DNA of 46,015 nt from IMG/VR virus record IMGVR_UViG_3300037044_000012, positions 1 through 46,015 of that record, one strand, 5' to 3'. The translations under genes and the position numbers were made by a program. The notes under the pieces were generated by a model. That model was not told where the DNA came from, did no database searches, and was given only the letters and a program-made list of their open reading frames with translations. Shown here one piece after another: positions 26,815-35,185 of this stretch (position 1 is the first letter of the stretch; the number at the start of each line of letters is the position of its first letter). Source of the stretch: a virus. Taxonomy: Duplodnaviria > Caudoviricetes.

Positions 26815-27099
26815 ATGCTGGAAGAAGTTCTCAACGAATTGCGGCTGATCCGCAGCGAGCAAACAGAGCAAGGCAAACTGCTCGTGCGCGTCGATGAACG
26901 CACGCTTGCGCTTGACGAGAAAGTCGAAGCGCACTTGTCGGCCGACGATAAGTTTCACGGCGGCATCGAGAAGCGCGTCAACACGCTCGAACATTGGCGC
27001 ACGCGCGCTGCGGCCGTCGTCGGTTTCGTTGGCTTGGTCGCGGGCGCGTTTGCCGGCGCGATCAAAGATGCCGTCGCGCATATCTTCTGGCCGAATTAA
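26815..27099 (+). CDS. coiled-coil protein with C-terminal TM helix (XhlA/holin-like)
   Basis: RVNTLEHWR followed by hydrophobic AAAVVGFVGLVAGAFAGAI. Confidence 0.55.
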   Translation: MLEEVLNELRLIRSEQTEQGKLLVRVDERTLALDEKVEAHLSADDKFHGGIEKRVNTLEHWRTRAAAVVGFVGLVAGAFAGAIKDAVAHIFWPN

Positions 27100-27171
27100 G
27101 CTGTTGACAGACACAATAGGTAGTGCTTCCATGACATCGCTGCGACCACTACCAACAAGGGGACTACCTAC

Positions 27172-27456
27172 ATGACTGCTGTAAAGGCAAAGTCGTTGGC
27201 CGACTTTAAAGCGGCCCACGACAAAAACTTCATCGTGCCCAACAAGATCAAAGCCGCGTTCGAAAAGCTCGGCAGCGGCGGCTGGGAATACGAGCAGGAC
27301 TTCGCGCGCCTCGCCACCGTCAGTATGACGGACATCACGAAATTCCGAGAGCAGTTCAACGATCAAGTCGTGCTGATTAAGGAAAACGGCCGCGAACGCC
27401 GCGCATGGGTTGGCTCCAAGTCGACCGCCGACAAAATGCGGGAAATGCTCGCTTAA
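27172..27456 (+). CDS. hypothetical protein
   Basis: 94 aa, AAGGGG RBS; upstream TTGACA at 27104. Confidence 0.7.
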   Translation: MTAVKAKSLADFKAAHDKNFIVPNKIKAAFEKLGSGGWEYEQDFARLATVSMTDITKFREQFNDQVVLIKENGRERRAWVGSKSTADKMREMLA

Positions 27457-27484
27457 CCAGCTCTGACTTCGGAAAGTAAACGCG

Positions 27485-28525
27485 ATGACGAAAACGCTCG
27501 ATGACTTTGACGCAAAGCACAATCTCTTAACCAAAGAGAAAGCCGCGCACAGCATGACGAAGGACGCGCTGAAGAAGGCGCTGGACGACGCAACTGTGTT
27601 GCGCAGGGAAATCGAGCGTTTTCAGTACGCCACGAAAGCCGGCGTCGTGCCGGCCGACTGGACGCTGCCTTCACGCACGAGCAGCAAGGGCGACCATATG
27701 CCCGTTCTGTTCGTCAGCGACGCGCAAGTCGGCGAAGTCATCGACCCGCTGGAAGTCGAGTTCGGGCGCGGCTACAACACGCCAATCTTCCGCGAACGTT
27801 ATCGCGAGCTGATCGCCACTACGATCTATCTGTCTGAACAGCACGTCGGCGACGACTGGACGTTCCCCGGCATGATCTACATTCGCGGCGGCGACGCCGT
27901 GTCGGGCGGCATTCACGAAGAACTCGCAATGACCGATGACAGCTCGCCGCTCGAAGCCGCGCGCGTCGTGTTCGAAGAAGAGAGCGCCGGCATCGAAAAG
28001 TTGGCCGACTTCTTCGGCAAGGTCGAAGTCAAGAGCGTCGGCGGCGGCAATCACGATCGCACCACGTTCAAGACGCACACAAAGCACCGTGCCGACAACT
28101 ACGACAGCATGATTGACTTCATGCTCGCTCACCATTTCCGCAACGATCCGCGCGTGACGTTCCAGCTCACGAAGTCGACGGACGTGCTGTTCCCGATCTT
28201 CAACAAGCAAGTGCTCGCGACGCACGGCGACAACATTGGCGCTGGCGGCGGCACGGGCTTCATTGGCCCGCTGGCGACGATCCTGAAGGGCGTCTCCAAG
28301 ATCATGCTCGAACAGGCGCGGCTCAAGCGTACGCTCGATCACGTGTACGTCGGCCACTTCCACACGTTCAACCAAAACCGCCGCTTCACTGCGAACGGTT
28401 GCTTCCCTGGCTACAGCGAGTTCGCCAAGCGTTTCCGCATGGACCCTGAAGAGCCGGTGCAGTCGCTGCAATACTGGCATCCGACGCGCGGCCTTGTCGA
28501 CTTCAAGCCGATTGTGCTGACGTGA
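27485..28525 (+). CDS. calcineurin-like metallophosphoesterase
   Basis: VSDAQ, GGDAVSG, GNHD, HGD and GHFH metal-binding motifs. Confidence 0.85.
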   Translation: MTKTLDDFDAKHNLLTKEKAAHSMTKDALKKALDDATVLRREIERFQYATKAGVVPADWTLPSRTSSKGDHMPVLFVSDAQVGEVIDPLEVEFGRGYNTPIFRERYRELIATTIYLSEQHVGDDWTFPGMIYIRGGDAVSGGIHEELAMTDDSSPLEAARVVFEEESAGIEKLADFFGKVEVKSVGGGNHDRTTFKTHTKHRADNYDSMIDFMLAHHFRNDPRVTFQLTKSTDVLFPIFNKQVLATHGDNIGAGGGTGFIGPLATILKGVSKIMLEQARLKRTLDHVYVGHFHTFNQNRRFTANGCFPGYSEFAKRFRMDPEEPVQSLQYWHPTRGLVDFKPIVLT

Positions 28526-28830
28526 CCTTCGACGAAGCCGCGCGCGTCCTTGGCGTCACGCTGAAGGGGCTCACTGAGCAAGACGTGAAGATCGCGTACG
28601 GCCGCGCTGTGCGCCTCACACACTCTGATGTCGGCGGCGTCGGCGGGGACATGAACCGCGCCAAACTGGCGAAGGATACGCTGCTGAAGATCACAACTGC
28701 TGACGTTGCGTTGGACGACGCGTGTAAGCAGTGCAAGGGGACGGGTTCTGTTCGGGGCTCGTTCGTTATGGCCGTCTGCAAGACGTGCAATGGGAGCGGG
28801 AAGAATGCGAAGGATATATCTGGACGTTGA
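28522..28830 (+). CDS. J-domain-like protein with DnaJ-type zinc finger
   Basis: ARVLGV...DVKIAY...HSD.GG, plus CKQCKGTG and CKTCNGSG. Confidence 0.75.
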   Translation: MTFDEAARVLGVTLKGLTEQDVKIAYGRAVRLTHSDVGGVGGDMNRAKLAKDTLLKITTADVALDDACKQCKGTGSVRGSFVMAVCKTCNGSGKNAKDISGR

Positions 28831-29353
28831 CGACACGCTGGCGCTTTTCCGTCAGCACGCAATCGCCAACGGAGTGCCGGCGTGGGAAGGCTCGTGGTAC
28901 ACGGCGCCGCGCGAAGGCTGGACTGACGAACAGAAGTTCATTCAGGACAAAACCAACGAGCTGATGCGAACCGAAGACTTCTGGATGACGATGCCGGTTG
29001 CGCCGCTCGCGCACGAAGTCATCGCCGCCGCGAGCTTTCACGGTCCCGTTGAGTTGCTGACGGCCGTCCCTTCGTCGCTGCTGCACGAAGTCGACACTAT
29101 CAACATGATTCGCCGCGCTAAGGTGCGCTACGCTTGGCAGGCGCTGCACGTGCCGCCCGAACGCATTCTCGTTGTCGATCGCCGCGACAAGGTGCGCTAT
29201 GCGTGGAATCACTTCGACAACGTGCAAAACGTTCTTGTCGACGACGCGATTGACACGTGCAACGCGTGGGCTAATCAAGGCGGTCTCGCGTTTCACTTGG
29301 AGCACGTCGAAGACGGGCTGCACGAAGCGCTGAATTTCATCAAGTGCCTGTAA
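28805..29353 (+). CDS. HAD-superfamily 5'(3')-deoxyribonucleotidase-like phosphatase
   Basis: IYLDVDDTL, LLTA, K, VLVDD motifs; start reassigned to ATG 28805. Confidence 0.8.
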   Translation: MRRIYLDVDDTLALFRQHAIANGVPAWEGSWYTAPREGWTDEQKFIQDKTNELMRTEDFWMTMPVAPLAHEVIAAASFHGPVELLTAVPSSLLHEVDTINMIRRAKVRYAWQALHVPPERILVVDRRDKVRYAWNHFDNVQNVLVDDAIDTCNAWANQGGLAFHLEHVEDGLHEALNFIKCL

Positions 29354-29363
29354 GGGGGATACC

Positions 29364-30179
29364 GTGAATCAAACTCCAAAGTTCAAAGCCGGCGACATCG
29401 TTGTCGGTCATACGCGCGGCGGCTGGAGCTTCAGCAAAGGGCGCGTTGAAAGCTCCCCCAACGTTGACCTTGCGTCGAACCGCTACGCTTACCCAGTGGC
29501 CGTGCTCGAAGGGAGCGGCCACGTTCCAGCCGGGCAAGTCATTACGGCTTACGAAAACGACCTTGCGCACTTCAGCCCAGTCGTCGCGGCGCTCAAGCCG
29601 CAGCTCGACGGACTGGAAGGCAGCGAGCGCCGGATCGAACTGCGCAAAGAGCGCGCCGCTCGCGAAGCTGAAGAGAGCGAGAAGATCGCAACGGTTCGAG
29701 ACGCCGAAAATCGTGCCGCGCGGGAAGAGTTGAGCAAGGGGCTCGGCCTCATTCAGAAAGCGCCGAAGAACTGCGGCCTGACTGAAGCGCAGATTCGGAA
29801 GATGCAGCCGGTCGGCACGATCGTCCGCAGCTACTTCCCTGACGCGCTCCGCGCCGTCGCGGCCGTCGCCTTTGTCGGCAATGAGAAGCACAATCCCGGC
29901 GAGCCGCTGCACTGGGCGCGCGGCAAGTCCGACGATCACGACAACGCCATGTTGCGGCACTTCATCGACGGTCCTGACGGCTGGAACCGCGAAGAGCTGA
30001 AAGACGGCCGCATGTTCGAACTGCTGCACGCTGCTAACGCGGCTTGGCGGGCGCTGGCCGAATTGCAGCTCGCGGTCGAGCGGGCCGACGGCGAAGTCAT
30101 CCGCGTCCTGAGCCTCCCGAATACCGCTGGCGAAGCGTGCCAGCGCGTACAACTTCCCCTGGGCGGGGAAACGGCCTAG
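29364..30179 (+). CDS. dATP/dGTP diphosphohydrolase domain protein (DUF5664-like) with N-terminal extension
   Basis: YFPDALRAVA.V...GNEKHNPGEPLHWARGKS.DH..AMLRH...HAANAAWRALAELQ. Confidence 0.8.
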   Translation: MNQTPKFKAGDIVVGHTRGGWSFSKGRVESSPNVDLASNRYAYPVAVLEGSGHVPAGQVITAYENDLAHFSPVVAALKPQLDGLEGSERRIELRKERAAREAEESEKIATVRDAENRAAREELSKGLGLIQKAPKNCGLTEAQIRKMQPVGTIVRSYFPDALRAVAAVAFVGNEKHNPGEPLHWARGKSDDHDNAMLRHFIDGPDGWNREELKDGRMFELLHAANAAWRALAELQLAVERADGEVIRVLSLPNTAGEACQRVQLPLGGETA

Positions 30180-30303
30180 AATGCCCGCTGACGGGCGTTT
30201 GACAGCCTCGCTCCCAAGGCATCGACAAGACGGCTAACCGCCGCCCTGAACCAAGGCTCGCAGCCGACATAGCGGTTTCAGGCGATGTCCTTGGAGAGCA
30301 ACG

Positions 30304-30343
30304 GAAGCCCCGCCCCGGTAACTCAGGGCGGGGCTTCTTCGTT
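30304..30343. terminator. probable bidirectional terminator between converging arms
   Basis: GAAGCCCCGCCC-N10-GGGCGGGGCTTC, a 12-bp perfect stem followed by TTCGTT. Confidence 0.65.
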
Positions 30344-30607
30344 CCAAAATTGCGGCCGCAAATATTTCTGCGATTCAGCACGATCGCGTACGGAACGGCC
30401 GGGCGATTTAGGGCATTGTCTTCTTGCCGGGCCTACTCCCCCCGCCCAGTCCCGGCACAGCAGCAAGAGAGCCGCCCTAGGATCAGCCGGGGCGGCTCTC
30501 AACTGTTCAGCGGCGGCTGACTGTAGCCCGTAGGCCCTCTCCCCAGCTCTTTAAGCGCCCTTCGGCGGCGCACCATTCTATAGGGTTGTTTGGTCGACCC
30601 GACCTAA

Positions 30608-31600
30608 CTAGGCGTCGCCCATGTGGATTATGCCGCCAACTACGCCGCCAATCTGTTTGGGCTCGGGAGTGAGCACGCGACTGCGGCTCATGTCGCGGGG
30701 ATCACGGATCGCCTTGTAGATCGGAAAGCGTGGCGCGTCCTTTGCGCCGGCCGGCTGATGTTTAAACACGACCGTCTTGCCGACGAAATATTCGATCGCT
30801 TCCGCCATCGGCATGTCAGGCAGGTTCGAGCTGCCGACGCGAACTTCGACGCCCGGCCACAGCGATTCGTTGATACCTACGAGACAGCCCAGCTTGCCGT
30901 TCGGGATCATGCCCTCTTTGGCCTTCGAACGTTTGGCCTTGCCGCGCTTGTCGACGGTCTTTTCGTTCGTGTTCGTCTCGCCCTCTTCGACGGCGATGAT
31001 TAGAATTTCGTCGTCCTGCATCCGCTTAATCTTCCACAGGCTGCCTTCGCTCTCGGTGGCGCGGCCGTGTTTGTAGATCGCGTGAAAGTCGCGGACCACG
31101 CCGCCTTCGTAGCCCATTTCGAACAACGGCTCGGCGAGCGCCATCAGCTCAACTTCGTCGTCGATAAGGTTCGCTGGCACGGCTTGAATAATGCCGCCTT
31201 CTGGATCGTCGCAAAGCTTGGCGATGCGCGCCTGCGCCTTGGCGTAGCGGAGCTGGTAGGGCACACGCGGATCAGTGAAGTCGTCGAACACGAAGTAAGT
31301 GATACCGGTAGGGTCAGCGCTGGCATCCATAACGACGTCTTGCGTCGCGTTGTACACGTCCTTAGCCGTGGGATCGCCTAAGATCAACTCGCCGTCGAAG
31401 CCGTTGAAGTCAGGATGGCTGAGCGTCATGCGAATCAAATCGTTCGCGATCGGTTCGAGATTGCGGCTCATGGCGACGCCGTTGCGCACGACGCAGCGAA
31501 TGCCGTCGTACTTAGGCTGCAACATGCATGGAAACTTCAGCTTGCCGCGCGGCGACGCAAGCATCGGCTCGAACGGTTTCAGCAGCGACTTCTCTGTCAT
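30608..31600 (-). CDS. ATP-dependent DNA ligase
   Basis: QPKYDGIRC, FDGEL, YEGGVVR, WKIKR and PRFP motifs. Confidence 0.93.
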   Translation of the reverse strand: MTEKSLLKPFEPMLASPRGKLKFPCMLQPKYDGIRCVVRNGVAMSRNLEPIANDLIRMTLSHPDFNGFDGELILGDPTAKDVYNATQDVVMDASADPTGITYFVFDDFTDPRVPYQLRYAKAQARIAKLCDDPEGGIIQAVPANLIDDEVELMALAEPLFEMGYEGGVVRDFHAIYKHGRATESEGSLWKIKRMQDDEILIIAVEEGETNTNEKTVDKRGKAKRSKAKEGMIPNGKLGCLVGINESLWPGVEVRVGSSNLPDMPMAEAIEYFVGKTVVFKHQPAGAKDAPRFPIYKAIRDPRDMSRSRVLTPEPKQIGGVVGGIIHMGDA

Positions 31601-31779
31601 TTTGTCCCCCGTTTTCTCAGCAACCGCAGCAACGGGTGCTTGATCGTACGTTTACGACGCTCGCGGCGTTCGAGTTCTTTACGCGCGGCCTCTGCATGAT
31701 CCTGCGGCCCCCATTGCGCAATGGCTTCAAGCTCGTCACGCGGCGCGTTGCTCAAAGGCCCTCCCATCCACGTGTGCAT
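31597..31779 (-). CDS. hypothetical protein
   Basis: 60 aa, GGGGAG RBS, ATGA overlap with the ligase. Confidence 0.55.
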   Translation of the reverse strand: MHTWMGGPLSNAPRDELEAIAQWGPQDHAEAARKELERRERRKRTIKHPLLRLLRKRGTK

Positions 31780-31807
31780 TAGAACTCCCCTCGCTCCATC
31801 AGTGCAG

Positions 31808-32005
31808 CTATTGCGGCTCGTCGTAAGATCGCTTCGCTTGTGCCAGGGCGGTAGATAGCTCCTTGTCGAAGCATTTCGCTAGCGACTCGATCTTCTCTTG
31901 TCTCAGGCGTTGTGACCGGCGCGTCATCTGAACTATCGCCCACGTCAGCCACAGCCACGCGAGCGCGGCGATCACGAACAGTGTATTTGTGATCGCTTCC
32001 GCCAC
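31808..32005 (-). CDS. small membrane protein
   Basis: N-terminal TM segment (LFVIAALAWLWLTWAIV); starts 3 bp after the o-spanin stop. Confidence 0.5.
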   Translation of the reverse strand: MAEAITNTLFVIAALAWLWLTWAIVQMTRRSQRLRQEKIESLAKCFDKELSTALAQAKRSYDEPQ

Positions 32006-32008
32006 GAC

Positions 32009-32236
32009 TCACCGTCCCCACCCGCACAGCTCGACGCCAAGCGCGTTGTGCGCCTTAATGTTTCGAATGTCTTCGTCGAGCATGTACTGCGCCCACGGGA
32101 TCGGGCGAGCCAAGTCGCAGAAGCGCGGCTCAGCGTCTCTCGAAGGGATCAGACTGGCGCAGCTCGTCAACAGGCTGCACGCGGACACGATCAGCAGCGT
32201 CTTCAGCGCGCCGTTCGTTTTCGTTACGAGCTTCAT
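32009..32236 (-). CDS. o-spanin (Rz1-like lipoprotein)
   Basis: Lipobox LLTSC; FCDLARPI and HNALGVELCGW; overlaps the 3' end of the Rz-like gene in another frame. Confidence 0.7.
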   Translation of the reverse strand: MKLVTKTNGALKTLLIVSACSLLTSCASLIPSRDAEPRFCDLARPIPWAQYMLDEDIRNIKAHNALGVELCGWGR

Positions 32237-32429
32237 CGTTCTTCACCCTCTCTTTGAGTTGATCGTTCTCAACTTCCTGTTTCACGCCGTCGCGGAGCTT
32301 CAGCCACACGAGCAGCGCTGCAAGGATCGCGCCTGCGATCGTCGCGAACTTCTCGCCGAAGCGCAACCAAATGAACGCGACAAGGAAGCACGCGCCCGCG
32401 ACGATCCAGGGAAACAATGAATTAAGCAT
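32130..32429 (-). CDS. i-spanin (Rz-like)
   Basis: N-terminal TM segments followed by a charged coiled coil. Confidence 0.65.
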   Translation of the reverse strand: MLNSLFPWIVAGACFLVAFIWLRFGEKFATIAGAILAALLVWLKLRDGVKQEVENDQLKERVKNDEARNENERRAEDAADRVRVQPVDELRQSDPFERR

Positions 32430-32637
32430 TGTCGCGCTCGATCTTCGAGAACAGCGCCACGAGCGCTCGGCCCAACGCGATGCCAGCGCCTGCCACGGCC
32501 GCGCCCTCGGCCGAGAAGATGACGTTCCAGTCGACGCCTTGGATGAATGCGAAGAGGCTGCCCAGGAAGGCCAGAACGCCGCCCAGCGTGTACGTCTTCC
32601 AGCCCTTGCGGCGCAGCACGTTCGTTTCGTCGTTCAT
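32422..32637 (-). CDS. holin-like protein
   Basis: 71 aa, KGWKT start and two hydrophobic helices; first gene of the cassette. Confidence 0.6.
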   Translation of the reverse strand: MNDETNVLRRKGWKTYTLGGVLAFLGSLFAFIQGVDWNVIFSAEGAAVAGAGIALGRALVALFSKIERDNA

Positions 32638-32661
32638 TTCGAAGTCCCTACCCTTAGTAAC

Positions 32662-32702
32662 AAAAACGCCCCGACTATAAGCCGGGGCGCTCTGTTTGTC
32701 GA
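32662..32702 (-). terminator. terminator after the helicase, overlapping a promoter-like element for the lysis genes
   Basis: - strand CGCCCCGGCT-tat-AGTCGGGGCG-TTTTT; TCGACA (32702-32697), 17 bp, TATAGT (32679-32674). Confidence 0.65.
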
Positions 32703-32718
32703 CTTGCCGAAGCTTGGA

Positions 32719-34740
32719 CTATTCCTTGCCTTCAATGTGGTCCGTCAGGTTGCCCAGGGCTTCCATTGCCACATCGAGCGGCGTGCCGGTGTTCAGCATC
32801 GCGGCAAGGATCGCGCCAACGTCAACGTTATAGTTCACGTTGCGATTCGCAAACACTTGCGCGTCGGCGAGAACGCGGCGAGCAATTTCGCCTTGCGGTT
32901 CGCCGCCAAGTGTCGCCGACTTAGCAACGTTGGCATTGCGCTGCGCACGCGTCGCCTTGACCTTTTCAGGCGCAGCGAGCAGAGCGGGACCGCCGCCGTC
33001 GAACGGCGCTGATTGGTCTTGTTCTTGCTCTTGAGCCTGCTCTTGCTCGACGGCAGTGTTTTCAGGCTGCGGCGCAGCGTTGGCAAACGCCGTAGCGCCC
33101 CAACCCTTTGCCGTCGTCGTTGCCGGCGCTTGTTCAGCGGGCGGCGCGGGCGGAGCAGCATTAACCGGGGCCTTAGCGCCCCAGCCTTTCACGCCGCCCG
33201 TTTGAGCCGGCGCGGCTTGTTGAGTTTGAGCCGGAGCTTGCGCAGCTTGTTGCGACGCATTGCCCGGCGAAGACAGCTTACGCATGTTCGCTCCTACAGT
33301 TGTGTCAAACGCCGACATGGCGCTGGGATCGTCCCGAATAATCTCGCTCTTCAACGCGGCGAGAAGTGCGTCCTGCGTGGTTTCTTTGCCCGTGAGAGCA
33401 TCTTCCACGAGTTCGTCGATGCTATCAAGCACCATTATTTTGTGCATCACGATTCGCTCAGCAGAGTTACCTTGTCTGTGAACGCGCCTGATGAATTGAT
33501 CGTAAAGCTCATAGTCCCATGTTTGCGTGTACCAGCACACGTGCCCGGCCCCGCCGAGCTGCATGTTCAGTCCGTGGCCGGCGCTTGCCGGGTGACACAG
33601 CAGCATCGGACATTTGCCGGCGTTCCAATCGCGCTCGATTTCTTCCGCACGCTTGCCACTAACGCCCCCGCCCAAATAAGGCGTGTTGGGATGCCGCTTA
33701 AGTATTCTTTCAAGCTCGTGTCCATAGGCGTACGCGACAAGCAGCGGCTGCCCCGCGAGTTCTTCCAGAAGATCATCGAGCGCGTCCAGCTTCAGGTTGT
33801 GAATGTCAACGTAGTCGGGCGGGCTCGTGTACATCGCGCCACCGCAGAACTGTTGCAGCTTGTTGTACACGGCTGCCATGTTCGCGGCCGTGATCGTCTT
33901 GCCCTCAAGGTTGACGATCATGTCGCGCTTCATTTCGCGATACTTGGTGCGCGTTTCCTTCGTGAACTCGACTTCAATGCGCCGCGTACTTAGTGGCGGC
34001 AACGTCAGATAATCCTCTGCGTCGGCGCGGAAGACGTACGGTTCGACGGCCGCTTCAATTTGCTTTGCGGAGTTCGGCCGCAGGTCGTAGCTGAAACCGT
34101 CGCGGCCAACTTGAAAGAAGCGGTCGCGGAAGTGTGTGATGTACTTGCCCAGCGCCGCGCCGCCGTCGAGCAGCTTCATCTGCCCGAACAAATCCATGTA
34201 GCCGTTCGGCACTGGCGTACCAGTCAAGCCCCAGCGGCGCGGCGTCTTGTCCATGAACGGTTGCAGCTTCTTGCTGCGGAGCGCGGCCGAGTTCTTGAAT
34301 TTCGTCAGCTCGTCAATCGCGATCGTGTCGAACGGCATACGCGCCATGAAGAACTGATCGCACAGCCACGGCACGCTTTCGGGATTGAGCAGCCAAATAT
34401 CAGCGTCGGCGCGCAACAGCTTCTTGCGCTCTTCCGCATTCTTGCCCGCCATCATGGCGAAACGCAGGTGACGGAACTGCGACCACTTCGCAGCTTCTTG
34501 TCGCCAAACGAGCTGACACACGCGCATCGGCGCAATCACGAGCATGTTGTTCGCAATGCCGGCGTCTTGCAGCTCGCAGAACGCCGCGAGCGTCACGGCC
34601 GTCTTGCCCATGCCGGGATCAAGAAACAGCGCCGCAGCGCCGCGCGCACACAAATGGTCGATCGAGCGTGTTTGATAGCCGTGCGGCGTCCAAACGTTGT
34701 GCGTCGGCGCTACGCGGCGCAGTGCGGCGGACGGCATCAT
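32719..34740 (-). CDS. SNF2-family helicase with low-complexity C-terminal extension
   Basis: DPGMGKT, IDELTKFK, GLTGTP, HPASAGHGLN and QFIRRVHRQG; start reassigned to ATG 34740. Confidence 0.92.
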   Translation of the reverse strand: MMPSAALRRVAPTHNVWTPHGYQTRSIDHLCARGAAALFLDPGMGKTAVTLAAFCELQDAGIANNMLVIAPMRVCQLVWRQEAAKWSQFRHLRFAMMAGKNAEERKKLLRADADIWLLNPESVPWLCDQFFMARMPFDTIAIDELTKFKNSAALRSKKLQPFMDKTPRRWGLTGTPVPNGYMDLFGQMKLLDGGAALGKYITHFRDRFFQVGRDGFSYDLRPNSAKQIEAAVEPYVFRADAEDYLTLPPLSTRRIEVEFTKETRTKYREMKRDMIVNLEGKTITAANMAAVYNKLQQFCGGAMYTSPPDYVDIHNLKLDALDDLLEELAGQPLLVAYAYGHELERILKRHPNTPYLGGGVSGKRAEEIERDWNAGKCPMLLCHPASAGHGLNMQLGGAGHVCWYTQTWDYELYDQFIRRVHRQGNSAERIVMHKIMVLDSIDELVEDALTGKETTQDALLAALKSEIIRDDPSAMSAFDTTVGANMRKLSSPGNASQQAAQAPAQTQQAAPAQTGGVKGWGAKAPVNAAPPAPPAEQAPATTTAKGWGATAFANAAPQPENTAVEQEQAQEQEQDQSAPFDGGGPALLAAPEKVKATRAQRNANVAKSATLGGEPQGEIARRVLADAQVFANRNVNYNVDVGAILAAMLNTGTPLDVAMEALGNLTDHIEGKE

Positions 34741-34829
34741 TGATAGATTATTTGGGCAAGAGCTACGGCGACGGCGAGCGCCACACACAAGGCGTAGCCA
34801 AGCAAGGCGCGATCATGTTTCATTGTCAT
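34737..34829 (-). CDS. small single-pass membrane protein (30 aa, not in ORF track)
   Basis: MTMKHDRALLGYALCVALAVAVALAQIIYQ; ATGA overlaps at both ends. Confidence 0.55.
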   Translation of the reverse strand: MTMKHDRALLGYALCVALAVAVALAQIIYQ

Positions 34830-35185
34830 CCTGCGTGCGCCCCCAGCCGCTTGTCGAACTCTGCCTTGAACAGCTCGAAATTGTCAATGACAGAAACGTC
34901 GCCGCGCATCAGCACAATGTTGTCGTGAACGTGCTCTTGCAGCGGACGCGGTTCTTTGCCTTCGCCTTTGAACTCAACCCACCAATGATGCCCGTCGCGA
35001 AACATAAACAAGTCGTCAGGCCAGCCCGTCGCTGCGCCGTGTCCGAAGTGCATACGCTTGTAGATGCCGGCGTTGCCCGTCTCGCCGCAGAAGTCGTCGA
35101 GTTCGTCAGTCGACAGCTTGAAGCCCGCGCGCTTGGCGTGCGCCAGCGACGGATTGCGGACAGCTTTCTCGACCTTGTTGCTCAT
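34826..35185 (-). CDS. VRR-NUC domain nuclease
   Basis: GWPDDL...VEFKGEG..PRPLQ; upstream of the SNF2 helicase; start ATG 35185. Confidence 0.85.
   Translation of the reverse strand: MSNKVEKAVRNPSLAHAKRAGFKLSTDELDDFCGETGNAGIYKRMHFGHGAATGWPDDLFMFRDGHHWWVEFKGEGKEPRPLQEHVHDNIVLMRGDVSVIDNFELFKAEFDKRLGAHAG

Noticed and set aside
31779-32027. 82-aa alternative ORF
   Set aside because: Competes with the TM-containing 31808-32005 frame, which I preferred. It does have TAATG coupling downstream, so it is not fully excluded.
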